Origin: Histomonas meleagridis 2922-C6/04-290x
Lineage: Eukaryota; Protista; Parabasalia
Direction: 5' to 3'
NCBI GenBank assembly: GCA_020184695.1
Contig: JAANOX010000144.1
Span: forward strand, 186,001-250,000
Length of the DNA: 64,000 nucleotides
Below, piece after piece: positions 9,332 to 20,415 of this stretch (the first letter of the stretch is position 1; every line of letters starts with the position of its first letter). The notes beneath the pieces were generated by a model. It saw only the letters and a list, made by a program, of their open reading frames with translations, was not told the DNA's origin and did no database searches. Made by a program: the position numbers and the translations under genes.

Positions 9332-11542
9332 ATGGGTTGCGGGCCATCCAAAGTTGGGCGAGAAAGTGCACAAACACTTCCACGTGCAACAAAAACACCT
9401 AAAGTTGTAGAAAAACAAAGTGATTCTGAAAAGGAGAAAAATCAAAAATCCGATGTCGAAAATAAAAATCAGGAATTAGTTGAAGAGAAGAAGAATCACT
9501 CATCCTCATCATCCTCATCGTCCTCGTCTTCATCCTCATCAAAAGACAAAGCTAAAAACGTAGAAACAAGAAATGCTGAGGTTCCAGAAGTTAAACAAGA
9601 TGAAAAGAAGAGTTCTTCTTCAGATAATGAAGGAAATAAAGCAGAAGAAGCTCAACGCCAAGCTGAGGAAGAAAGACGTCGTCAAGAAGAAGAAGAGAGA
9701 CGTCGTCAAGAAGAAGAAGAAAGACGTCGTCAAGAAGAAGAAGAGAGACGTCGTCAAGAAGAAGAAGAAGAGAGACGTCGTCAAGAAGAAGAAGAAAGAC
9801 GTCGTCAAGAAGAAGAAAGACGTCGTCAAGAAGAAGAAGAGAGACGTCGTCAAGAAGAAGAAGAGAGACGTCGTCAAGAAGAAGAGGAAAGGTTAAAGAA
9901 AGAGGAAGAAGAAAGACTAAGAAAGGAAGAAGAGGAAAGATTAAAGAGAGAGGAAGAAGAAAGACTTCGTCAAGAAGAAGAACAGCGTCAAGCTGAAGAA
10001 CAAAAGAAGAGTTCTTCATCTTCTTCATCTTCCTCCTCATCTGATGATGATGATAAAGAAGACGAAGAAGCGCAACGCAAGGCTGAAGAAGAAAGACTCC
10101 GTCAAGAAGAAGAAGAAAGACTCAGAAAGGAAGAAGAGGAAAGATTAAGAAAGGAAGAAGAGGAAAGATTAAGAAAGGAAGAAGAGGAAAGATTAAGAAA
10201 GGAAGAAGAGGAAAGACTTCGTAAAGAAGAGGAAGAAAGACTCAGAAAGGAAGAAGAAGAGAGATTAAGAAAGGAAGAAGAGGAAAGACTTCGTAGAGAA
10301 GAGGAAGAGAGATTACGCAAGGAAGAAGAAGAAAGACTTAGAAAGGAAGAAGAGGAAAGATTAAGAAAGGAAGAAGAAGAAAGATTACGTAAAGAAGAAG
10401 AGGAAAGATTAAGAAAGGAAGAAGAAGAAAGATTACGTAAAGAAGAAGAGGAAAGACTTCGTAGAGAAGAAGAAGAGAGATTACGCAAGGAAGAAGAAGA
10501 AAGATTAAGAAAGGAAGAAGAAGAAAGATTACGTAAAGAAGAAGAGGAAAGACTTCGTAGAGAAGAAGAAGAGAGATTACGCAAGGAAGAAGAAGAAAGA
10601 TTAAGAAAGGAAGAAGAAGAAAGATTACGTAAAGAAGAAGAGGAAAGATTACGTAAAGAAGAAGAGGAAAGACTTCGTAGAGAAGAGGAAGAGAGATTAC
10701 GCAAGGAAGAAGAGGAAAGATTACGTAAAGAAGAAGAAGAAAGACTTAGAAAGGAAGAAGAGGAAAGATTACGTAAAGAAGAAGAAGAAAGACTTAGAAA
10801 GGAAGAAGAGGAAAGATTACGTAAAGAAGAAGAGGAAAGACTTAGAAAGGAAGAAGAGGAGAGATTACGTAAAGAAGAAGAGGAAAGACTTCGTAGAGAA
10901 GAGGAAGAGAGATTACGCAAGGAAGAAGAGGAAAGACTTCGTAGAGAGGAAGAAGAAAGATTAAAGAGAGAAGAAGAAGAAAGACTTCGTAGAGAGGAAG
11001 AGGAAAGACTTAGAAAGGAAGAAGAGGAAAGATTAAAGAGAGAAGAGGAAGAAAGACTTAGAAAGGAAGAGGAAGAAAGACTAAAGAGAGAAGAAGAAGA
11101 AAGACTTCGTAGAGAGGAAGAAGAAAGACTGAAGAGAGAAGAGGAAGAAAGACTTAGAAAGGAAGAAGAAGAAAGACTTCGTAAAGAGGAAGAAGAAAGA
11201 CTAAAGAAAGAAGAAGAAGAAAGACTTCGTAAAGAAGAAGAAGAAAGATTAAGAAAGGAAGAAGAAGAAAGACTTCGTAAAGAAGAGGAAGAAAGATTAA
11301 AGAAAGAAGAGGAAGAAAGACTCCGTCAAGAGGAAGAGGAAAGATTAAAGAGAGAGGAAGAAGAGAAGCGCCTTCAGGAAGAAGAAGCACAACGCCAAGC
11401 CGAAGAGGAAAATCACACATCAGATCATGAAGATAAGAAGGATTCTTCAGACCATGAAGGAAAGAAGAAGTCCTCTTCATCTTCATCCTCTTCATCTTCT
11501 TCTTCTTCTGAATCCAAGAAATCCAAACATGATGAAGAATGA
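9332..11542 (+). CDS. N-acylated charged single-alpha-helix (ER/K) repeat protein
   Basis: First ATG gives MGCGPSK. The body is an (EEEERLRK)n array flanked by poly-Ser tracts. Confidence 0.8.
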   Translation: MGCGPSKVGRESAQTLPRATKTPKVVEKQSDSEKEKNQKSDVENKNQELVEEKKNHSSSSSSSSSSSSSSKDKAKNVETRNAEVPEVKQDEKKSSSSDNEGNKAEEAQRQAEEERRRQEEEERRRQEEEERRRQEEEERRRQEEEEERRRQEEEERRRQEEERRRQEEEERRRQEEEERRRQEEEERLKKEEEERLRKEEEERLKREEEERLRQEEEQRQAEEQKKSSSSSSSSSSSDDDDKEDEEAQRKAEEERLRQEEEERLRKEEEERLRKEEEERLRKEEEERLRKEEEERLRKEEEERLRKEEEERLRKEEEERLRREEEERLRKEEEERLRKEEEERLRKEEEERLRKEEEERLRKEEEERLRKEEEERLRREEEERLRKEEEERLRKEEEERLRKEEEERLRREEEERLRKEEEERLRKEEEERLRKEEEERLRKEEEERLRREEEERLRKEEEERLRKEEEERLRKEEEERLRKEEEERLRKEEEERLRKEEEERLRKEEEERLRKEEEERLRREEEERLRKEEEERLRREEEERLKREEEERLRREEEERLRKEEEERLKREEEERLRKEEEERLKREEEERLRREEEERLKREEEERLRKEEEERLRKEEEERLKKEEEERLRKEEEERLRKEEEERLRKEEEERLKKEEEERLRQEEEERLKREEEEKRLQEEEAQRQAEEENHTSDHEDKKDSSDHEGKKKSSSSSSSSSSSSSESKKSKHDEE
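9660..11390 (+). repeat. 24-bp coding tandem repeat (RRQEEEER then LRKEEEER units)
   Basis: Dozens of 8-codon units with synonymous variation, interrupted once by a Ser/Asp block near 10005-10075. Confidence 0.95.
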
Positions 11543-11665
11543 ACAATTTAATAAACAAAACATTGAAGTGAACTGTTTCCACTTTTTCGTTCTGAATTAT
11601 TCTGAATACGATACAAACGATACGCATTTTTGAATTGTTTACACATGTGAAAAAGATTTGACTAT

Positions 11666-12523
11666 TCAAAACAAATTTATTTTGGTGATTTTCGTTTGCG
11701 TTTCGCAAAAACAAGATTTCTTGAAAAGGATAGAGGCAAGGACATCAAACTCATTCCACGCATAGCTGCCTGCATTCCTTTTATGATCAAAGGATGCATG
11801 ATGGCCAGCAGCGGATTCAAATTTCGTCTGGCATATTTCACAGTAGCCATGATCATTTGGACCTTCATTTGTAATCACTGGTTTGCCTAATCCATCATTG
11901 ATTTTCTCTACAACTGCATCAACATTAAATGGAATAGGAATGAATGGTGAATATGTATATTTCGGATTTTTTGTTTTCTGTATATAAATTTTAGGATATT
12001 GCCGCTTGGTAAAATCTAAAATGTCGGGTCGATATTTATGAAATGTATCACAAATAACTAACCGTTGTGGATTGGCCCCTATTTCTTGTATTTTAGGAGC
12101 CGGTGTTTCTGGTTCTGTATGGATAATTTCCTGATGGACAAAATTTGGACTTTCCAAAACCCATGGGATTTGTTTGAGTAAAACAACTTTTGGGAGTACT
12201 GAGAGGCCAGCTATGTTTCTACTGCCAACAGATTTTGGGAGATCACCAAGAGAAATATTTTTCTCAGAAATTATTATATTTGCTAAAAACATGGAATTTT
12301 CGACGATGCTAGCACCAACATTATTCATTACATGAATCACCTGATTTTTTAATTTTTCATCACTGATATTAACGTACACAGAGGTTCCTTTAAATAAAAT
12401 TTGTGGAATTATGTTGGAAGTCTGTTCTATTTCTTTTGGTTTTATATTGAGCTTCTTTTTGTTGATCTTCATTCCAAGCAGGGATGGAGATATAGTAAAT
12501 GTTCCGCCCCTGAGGTCTTCCAT
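11666..12523 (-). CDS. Dbf4-like protein (BRCT-like motif N plus DBF zinc finger)
   Basis: C-terminal GYCEICQTKFESAAGHHASFDH matches zf-DBF (C-x2-C...H-x5-H). N-terminal FKGTSVYVNIS...VGASI resembles motif N. First ATG at 12523. Confidence 0.6.
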   Translation of the reverse strand: MEDLRGGTFTISPSLLGMKINKKKLNIKPKEIEQTSNIIPQILFKGTSVYVNISDEKLKNQVIHVMNNVGASIVENSMFLANIIISEKNISLGDLPKSVGSRNIAGLSVLPKVVLLKQIPWVLESPNFVHQEIIHTEPETPAPKIQEIGANPQRLVICDTFHKYRPDILDFTKRQYPKIYIQKTKNPKYTYSPFIPIPFNVDAVVEKINDGLGKPVITNEGPNDHGYCEICQTKFESAAGHHASFDHKRNAGSYAWNEFDVLASILFKKSCFCETQTKITKINLF

Positions 12524-13112
12524 TTTACAAGGGGGTTGTGGGTAAAATTTTAAACGGCAGAATAATTTGAAATTACAGTAAATACTTGAAAAAGTATTCG
12601 AATTGAATGATAACCGTAAAATAAAAGAAAAGATGTTTCGAACATTAAACAATTCCAAATGTTGTAAAACAATAAAACATTATGTGATATTCGCGTTATT
12701 TTAATCATACTTTTACTTAATGACACAAATATTTCGAAAAAATATTTAATAACCCTTTTTCGATGAAATGATATCATTTCCAAACCAAACTTCTTACTTG
12801 GTTTCATATTAATCATAAAATAAAAGAAGCATGTAATGTGAGCTCATAGCTTGTTCGAAAAGCTGTGTTTTATCTCGGAATATTAATTTCCTTATTTTGT
12901 TATTTTTGTATAATTCATTTCTCTTTTTATACACAGCTTTCGCATGAAATGAAGACATCTTATGATATTGTAACTTAAATTTAAAAAGCATTTAAATAAA
13001 TTTATTTTAATAAGACCTTATAAAATTCATGATTTGTATTTTGTTTAAGCCACTTTAGGTTGAAGACTTAAAGCTTGGAATAACAGAAAATTGACGTAAA
13101 GTATAGTTTTAT

Positions 13113-13370
13113 TTAATTTTGATTTTCAAAAATAGAGATTGTACCAGGTGGTGCTGGTTTCCAGCAGGGGCACATTTCCCGGAAGACGCTTTCTGTTGTT
13201 AGTAATTGAATGTTATCAACATTTTTTGAATTATTCTCAAGGAAAAACTGTTGCTTTGAAATGGCAGAGTACTTAGGCTGTACATTTGTAGGGTGCCATG
13301 AATTAAAAGATTGTCCTTGATGTGATGATCGAGAATATGTAGGTGAAATGTCGTTTTCGTTATCATTCAT
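13113..13370 (-). CDS. Small hypothetical protein (85 aa)
   Basis: ATG-initiated ORF (MNDNEND...) with ordinary coding composition and no recognisable domain. Confidence 0.3.
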   Translation of the reverse strand: MNDNENDISPTYSRSSHQGQSFNSWHPTNVQPKYSAISKQQFFLENNSKNVDNIQLLTTESVFREMCPCWKPAPPGTISIFENQN

Positions 13371-13780
13371 TTTCAGAAATGTGTCGAACAAACATTGACA
13401 AATTAAAATGATATTAACGTTTTTGGGACCGTTAATATATTTTAAAGGACGAACATTTTTTTTTTTTTGCAGCAAATTCCATACTAAAAATTACTTATTT
13501 TATGTTTGTAAACTTTCCTCAATGTTAGATTTATTAAGGAACTCCTATATTATTTGAGCGTATTTTTTTTGATTCAATTTAGGAAAAACCTATTAATGTA
13601 ATTGGAAGTAGTTTCCTTATAAATGATTTTATTAAATGTGCTTTTAAACATCATTTTTATCATTTAAATAATGTTATGTCGAGAGTTAAGCTCTAATTGT
13701 CAAAAATCATTTCTTTTTGTTAAAATTTTAACATAAACAAAGTAACCCATATGATTTTTATTCCAATAAAAAAGCAACTT

Positions 13781-14818
13781 TCATTTTCGATGATTTCCAT
13801 GTTCAATTGTTAATGACAAATCATCGTTTTTCTTCTTTTTTATCAAGTCTTCAGGATCATATTTGACCAGATCTCTATTTAATATCAACGGCACGAAAAA
13901 TGATGATTTTGAAGATCCGAAAACTTCTTTAACAGGAAACTTGTACTCTGTTGCAATCGCTTGATAGCATCTGTCGACTCCACTAATTGCCATTTGTCCA
14001 AAATCATTCTTGCCAAACGAATACGTTCTGAAATCAGTATCAATTATAATGCAATAATCAGGAAAAGTAAATACATGCAGAGGCTCATCATCAAAGATTG
14101 GAATGGATGACCTTTTTTGATGGTATTCACCAAGAGTTCCAAATATATTAACCTCTTTTTGCATTGTGATAACAGCTGTATAATTGGCACAACTTTTAAC
14201 TTCATTAAATAAATTACCGCCTTTAAGTGCAATTGATGGTACTATAATGGGTGAAATATTTCTGTCTTCTTTGATGATAAAAGCAGTGTGATTTTCAAGT
14301 AAAACCGATACAAATCCGTTACCGATAGAAACCGTTTTTGGCTCTGAATCAAAATGCTGAGTAATGGTAGATGAAAAGTTACTTAAATCAGGCCAATAAA
14401 TGACTGAACTATCATCAGAAATAATTGCAAAAGATTTGTTATATGATGCTATATATTTTGCTGTAAGATTCTCTATTTGGGTTGGAATATTATTCTGTGT
14501 GAATAAAAGACCTGAGCCAAAAAGCTTATCTTCTGTTGTTAGCCAAACAGTAAAATCTTGGCCGCATGCAACAGATTTGAAATTTTGCTCCAATTTAACA
14601 GGAGTAAATTCATTTACAGTACTTTCGGTACTTCCTATACCTAGTTGGAGTTTGCTGTTATCCCCGATTGCAAGACTTATATTTTTTTCGAGAATAATTA
14701 CTGAATGTGATTCTGAAGAAGATCCAGAAATAATCGATCCATACTCTTTTTTGAGGTTTATTATTTGTGGTTCCTTTGAGTTTCCATATTGAGTGAATGA
14801 ATTTGGGGATTGATCCAT
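13781..14818 (-). CDS. RCC1/BLIP-II repeat protein
   Basis: AIGDNSKLQLGIG, VACGQDFTVWLT and YSFGKNDFGQMA are RCC1-type repeats. Confidence 0.7.
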   Translation of the reverse strand: MDQSPNSFTQYGNSKEPQIINLKKEYGSIISGSSSESHSVIILEKNISLAIGDNSKLQLGIGSTESTVNEFTPVKLEQNFKSVACGQDFTVWLTTEDKLFGSGLLFTQNNIPTQIENLTAKYIASYNKSFAIISDDSSVIYWPDLSNFSSTITQHFDSEPKTVSIGNGFVSVLLENHTAFIIKEDRNISPIIVPSIALKGGNLFNEVKSCANYTAVITMQKEVNIFGTLGEYHQKRSSIPIFDDEPLHVFTFPDYCIIIDTDFRTYSFGKNDFGQMAISGVDRCYQAIATEYKFPVKEVFGSSKSSFFVPLILNRDLVKYDPEDLIKKKKNDDLSLTIEHGNHRK

Positions 14819-15892
14819 TATTTTGGATAAAAAGCAATTTTACGGTTATTTAGACATAAACAAACCATGTGAAAAAAGATATTGTTTGACAAAGTCTGTT
14901 CCATTTTTCATAAAGCCGATAGTATCCAAGGGATTAAACGTTCAAAAAAAATCCCTTGTTCAGCACACCAAATTTCTTATACCGCCGATTATCTATTCAT
15001 GTTGCACAAACGTAAAACCATTACTTTTGAATATGTCAAGTGCATGATTTGAAAAATATTTTTCAAAATCACATGATCTCAATCTGGGTTCTTAATCCAA
15101 TCTATACGTTGCTAAAATGTTCAACAATTTGAAGAATTTTGTATGTAACAACACATTTATTCCTTTATGTTAGTAATGTACAATTGACATACATTTTTTT
15201 CAAAGTATGATGTATTCATTTTGATCCATTTTCTAGCAACAACTATAGTTAGAAACAGTATCGTTTTTATTATATAGTATTTTTCACTCCAAAAATATTC
15301 TAATCTATTTATTTTTTTGAACACATAAAGCATTCTAAATTTTGAAGAAATGCGTTTTATTAATTAAAGCTTTATTTTATATTAAAAAACATCAAGTTAA
15401 TTCTTTTAAGAAATACAAATTTATGATGAAGAAAAAATACAAAATCTTTTTTAATCCAAGAAATTAAAGATAAAGAAAATAATTTCTCAAGTAATTCTAA
15501 TTCTTTGTTAACATATTGTAGATGATTATTTTTATTCATTCGTTCACATCAGTTCATCAAAAATTGTTGGCAAAACGGAGAGATTTGTTTAACTTTTTAA
15601 AAACTTCCATTTTTATACAAACAGTAAAATGGAACGACATGAATTACATACCAAAATGAAGCTCTAATTCAGCTCTATAGCACGTATTCATTATGTTATT
15701 TAAAAGTGGTCGTGCTGCATTGTGAGCATTTCTTTTCTTGTTATCATTAAATGTTGCTTCAAAGGTTTTAAGGGCAAATTGAAAAACTCCGATAAAACAA
15801 CAATTTTTTAATGTTTAACCGTGAAATTTTTAACTTTTGTATTGGCCGATGCGTATTTAGTACGAGTCTTCAACTATATTTCAGCTTGAAGC

Positions 15893-17710
15893 ATGAAAAT
15901 CCTTCATTTACTTGTCGTTTCGAATCTAGCAAAGCAATATAGAACTGACACAATGTTAAAGGCATCATTTTTCCCCCAAATAGAAATATTACATATATCA
16001 AACAACAACAGCAGCAAAGAGCTGACTCATCCACACTATGCTGAAGTTCCAATTTTTGAAACTATGAGAAAAAACTTTAATATATTTATCAATAATTACA
16101 AAGTTTTGATAAACCATTTATTTTTAACCCACATGACTAACAGCAAATGTGCATCATTAGGACATGGTAATTATGATAACAAGCTTAAATTTTCAAAATC
16201 AGATTTTCCAATTGTTACAAAAAGATACATTAAAACCAGCATAATTGTTAAAAGAGATATACCTCTACAAACCCTGGACAAATCTCACGGTTATACATCC
16301 GTAATACGTTGGGGATTTTCATCCTTTTCCTTTATTCAAGAAGAGCGATCATCTAAATTCAATGTTTTACTTCATTTAACCGTCATTTTTTCAATGACAT
16401 TTCCGGTTATTTATATCAAATTTTATCAGAAAAACACAATTTCAGTTCAGAAAATATCAACGACCAAATATACATTGAAAGTAAAAGAAAAGAAAAAAAC
16501 TGAAAATATTTTTGTATATATTCATGTTTTTGTTATGTTTTTCATTAATACTTATCAAATATATAATAAAGATGATTTAATACTTACAATCATAAATTCA
16601 AATGAATTTAATGAAATTTCTCAATATCAAAATATATCGAAATATATAATTATCAGTGAAAATATTTATGAAATTCCAAGTAATGCATTTTCAGGATGGC
16701 CTTCAGTTGTTTCAGTTGATTTTGATAACTCAGTCACAAATATTGGAGGTTATGTGTTTATGTCATGTTTTAATTTAGAAACGATTATAATTGGAGAAAA
16801 TGTTACAACAATTGGTGGTGGAGCATTTTCATTGTGTTCATCAATCAAAAACATTACGATTCCAAATTCAGTATCAGCAATAGGAAATTCAGCATTTTCA
16901 TTATGTTTTAACTTAACGACATTAACACTTGGATATGGAATCAGAGAAATTGGAAGTTCAGCATTTGGTAATTGTTATCAACTTCAATGTATTTATTATT
17001 ATGGATATTCAGAACCAGATATTGGAGTAAATGCATTTTATAATGTATCAACAAGTGTTATCACATATTCAACATATGTAGGAAGTAAATTTGGAAATTT
17101 AGATGTTGATAAAGAAAACGCAGAAGGAACCTGCGAACCACTTCCAACACATTCATTTAGTCAATCGAATACACTCACACAATCAAATTCGTTTAGTCAA
17201 TCGAATACATTTTCTAATTCGAATACATTTACTGCATCACTTCAAAGTGATATTTCATTATCATTTTCATATACATTAACAATTACATTATCAATTACAC
17301 ATTCATTAACTATTTATGAAACAAAAACGAAAACATTTTCATTATATATAAATAATTCGACATTTTCATATATTGAAGCAGAATTTATTTATTACAATTA
17401 CACGATTGTTATTTATTCGACTTATTGTAATTATTATTCCAATTTCTTTACAATGTTTTACACTTCCAATGAAAATTCGACAAATGGAATTACGACAAAT
17501 GTTTTGATTGGAATTATTTGCGGATCATTTGCATTTGTTTTGGTCATTGTTGGAATTGTTATATTTTTAGTGAAAAGTAATAATAAGAAAGAAAAATCGA
17601 AATCAAAGTTACAATTCAAAGATACGACGACATCAAGTACAAAGCAAATCGAAGAAGTAAATAGTTTAGTTGAAGATATTGTGAAAGAAGATGAAGACAA
17701 TTGGCTATGA
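15893..17710 (+). CDS. BspA-like (TpLRR/LRR_5) surface protein with C-terminal TM, copy 1
   Basis: Repeats VTNIGGYVFMSCFNLETIIIGEN, VTTIGGGAFSLCSSIKNITIPNS and VSAIGNSAFSLCFNL. Ser/Thr-rich stalk (THSFSQSNT) and TM segment VLIGIICGSFAFVLVIVGIVIFLV. Confidence 0.85.
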   Translation: MKILHLLVVSNLAKQYRTDTMLKASFFPQIEILHISNNNSSKELTHPHYAEVPIFETMRKNFNIFINNYKVLINHLFLTHMTNSKCASLGHGNYDNKLKFSKSDFPIVTKRYIKTSIIVKRDIPLQTLDKSHGYTSVIRWGFSSFSFIQEERSSKFNVLLHLTVIFSMTFPVIYIKFYQKNTISVQKISTTKYTLKVKEKKKTENIFVYIHVFVMFFINTYQIYNKDDLILTIINSNEFNEISQYQNISKYIIISENIYEIPSNAFSGWPSVVSVDFDNSVTNIGGYVFMSCFNLETIIIGENVTTIGGGAFSLCSSIKNITIPNSVSAIGNSAFSLCFNLTTLTLGYGIREIGSSAFGNCYQLQCIYYYGYSEPDIGVNAFYNVSTSVITYSTYVGSKFGNLDVDKENAEGTCEPLPTHSFSQSNTLTQSNSFSQSNTFSNSNTFTASLQSDISLSFSYTLTITLSITHSLTIYETKTKTFSLYINNSTFSYIEAEFIYYNYTIVIYSTYCNYYSNFFTMFYTSNENSTNGITTNVLIGIICGSFAFVLVIVGIVIFLVKSNNKKEKSKSKLQFKDTTTSSTKQIEEVNSLVEDIVKEDEDNWL

Positions 17711-18442
17711 ATAAACTGTGTAATAATAAAATTTTTTAATTTAATTTTTATATACAAATTATTTTGTTGTTGTATAAAATAAAATGAAATCATATTAACG
17801 ATAATATCGTTTTGACTTTTTAATGATTTCAATTATTTATATATTTTAAATTTTGAAGATATATAATTATTATTACTGCCTTTTAATATAACAAAATTAG
17901 TATTGTTGAACAACGCAAAATAATTTTGGGTTATAATTACATTAACATTAAATGTTGGACGATTAAATGAAATTGGACGATCTTTTCTTTACTTTGATTC
18001 AATAATCTTAAAGCCAAAAATTATTATTTAGATCAAAGATGCATTGAAAAGCATTCGTAGATGAAGAACTTCTTATGTTATGTTTATTTTAAATAAAATA
18101 ATAAACTTAAAAACATGAAATAGCCGAATTTCCAATGTCGATAAAAAACGATAAATTTTATGAAGATGAGAACATCTTAGATACATGAACGACATATCAA
18201 ATTAAAGCATAAATTCCGTTCTATAACATATATTCATTATGTTATTTAAAAGTGTATTCATAATGTTTTAAAGCCTTATCTTTGATTGTCGTCTTAAAAA
18301 GATCAATTCTAATACCTCAAAACTGGATTGAAAAACGACAATATAACAACAGGTTTTTTAGAGTTTAACCGTGAGATTTTAAACTTTTGTGATGGCCGAT
18401 GTGTATTTGGTAAAGGTCTATATATATATTGCAAGCTGAAAC

Positions 18443-20304
18443 ATGAAAATCTTTTTTTTGTTCAGCATTTTGATCATGATGAAACGATTGATAACCGATA
18501 CAAAGCTTATTACACCTTATATCATTCAAAAAGAAATATTAAAAATACAAAACCACGAAAACAAGCAGAGGTTGACTTACCAATGTGATAGGGATGTTTC
18601 AATTAATGAAGTTATGAACAAAAAATTTCAAAGATTTAACAATAATTATAAAGTTTTGTTTATCAATGAATTACTTTTAAATTTGTTACCAAATAATGAA
18701 TCTACAATAATTGTACATCATGATTTTAATAACAAACAAAAAATTCAAAGAACATATTTTTCAAACATTTTGAAAAAATACTTTGATATTGATATATTTG
18801 TCAAAAATGGCATAATTGAAGAAACTCTCAACAAATCTTATGAAGATATATCTCCTATTAAACGTGAATTCTCACATTTTTTTATGATTCTAAACGACAA
18901 CGAAGAAGGACCAAATATTTTGAATGTTTTACTTCATTTAACCGTCATTTTTTCAATGACATTTCCGGTTATTTATATCAAATTTTATCAGAAAAACACA
19001 ATTTCAGTTCAGAAAATATCAACGACCAAATATACATTGAAAGTAAAAGAAAAGAAAAAAACTGAAAATATTTTTGTATATATTCATGTTTTTGTTATGT
19101 TTTTCATGAATACTTATCAAATATATAATAAAGATAATTTAACACTTACAATCATAAATTCAAATGAATTTAATGAAATTTCTCAATATCAAAATATATC
19201 GAAATATATAATTATCAGTGAAAATATTTATGAAATTCCAAGTAATGCATTTTCAGGATGGCCTTCAGTTGTTTCAGTTGATTTTGATAACTCAGTCACA
19301 AATATTGGAGGTTATGTGTTTATGTCATGTTTTAATTTAGAAACGATTATAATTGGAGAAAATGTTACAACAATTGGTGGTGGAGCATTTTCATTGTGTT
19401 CATCAATCAAAAACATTACGATTCCAAATTCAGTATCAGCAATAGGAAATTCAGCATTTTCATTATGTTTTAACTTAACGACATTAACACTTGATATGGA
19501 ATCAGAGAAATTGGAAGTTCAGCATTTGGTAATTGTTATCAACTTCAATGTATTTATTATTATGGATATTCAGAACCAGATATTGGAGTAAATGCATTTT
19601 ATAATGTATCAACAAGTGTTATCACATATTCAACATATGTAGGAAGTAAATTTGGAAATTTAGATGTTGATAAAGAAAACGCAGAAGGAACATGCGAACC
19701 ACTTCCAACACATTCATTTAGTCAATCGAATACATTTACAAGATCAAATTCATTAACTCAATCAAATGCAACAAATAATTCAATTGCATTTACAGAGTTA
19801 AATTCATTTTCTGAGTACATAAGTGCAGTATCAAAATCTTTTTCATATTTATTGACTTATACTTTATCAATTACCCATTCATTAACTATCTATGAAACAA
19901 AAACAAAATCATTTTCTTTATATATAGTTAATTCATCATCTTCATATATTGAAACGGAATTCATTTATTATAATTACACAATTGTTATTTACACAACATA
20001 TTACAATTATTACTCGAATTTCTTTACAATGTTTTATACAAATAATTCGCAAACGAATGATAATAAAACGACAATTATCATTGTAATTGTTTGTGTTATT
20101 ATTGTAATCATTATCATAGTTACATTACTTATTATGTTATTAATTCGTATTCGAAATAAAAAGGAAATAACTGAAAATGAAAACTCAGAACACAACGAAA
20201 ATGAAACAGTAAATACATTTACAACGGGAATAAACATATCAAATGTTGAAGAAGACCCATTTGCAGATGATTTTAAAGAAGACAAATTTATTGAACAAAT
20301 ATAA
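18443..20304 (+). pseudogene. BspA-like protein copy 2 with a 1-nt deletion near 19492 (pseudogene or sequencing error)
   Basis: CTTGGATATGG in copy 1 is CTTGATATGG here. The downstream frame continues through stalk, TM (IIIVIVCVIIVIIIIVTLLIMLL) and tail EEDPFADDF to the stop at 20304. Confidence 0.75.
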
Positions 20305-20415
20305 TATTTAAATATCAAATGCTTTGTTTAATAACAAATTTTTTAAGATCTTTTCCACCTTTTATTCTTTTATCAAATTAGATTAAAATAATTTAAAAAC
20401 ATATTTTATAATTTA

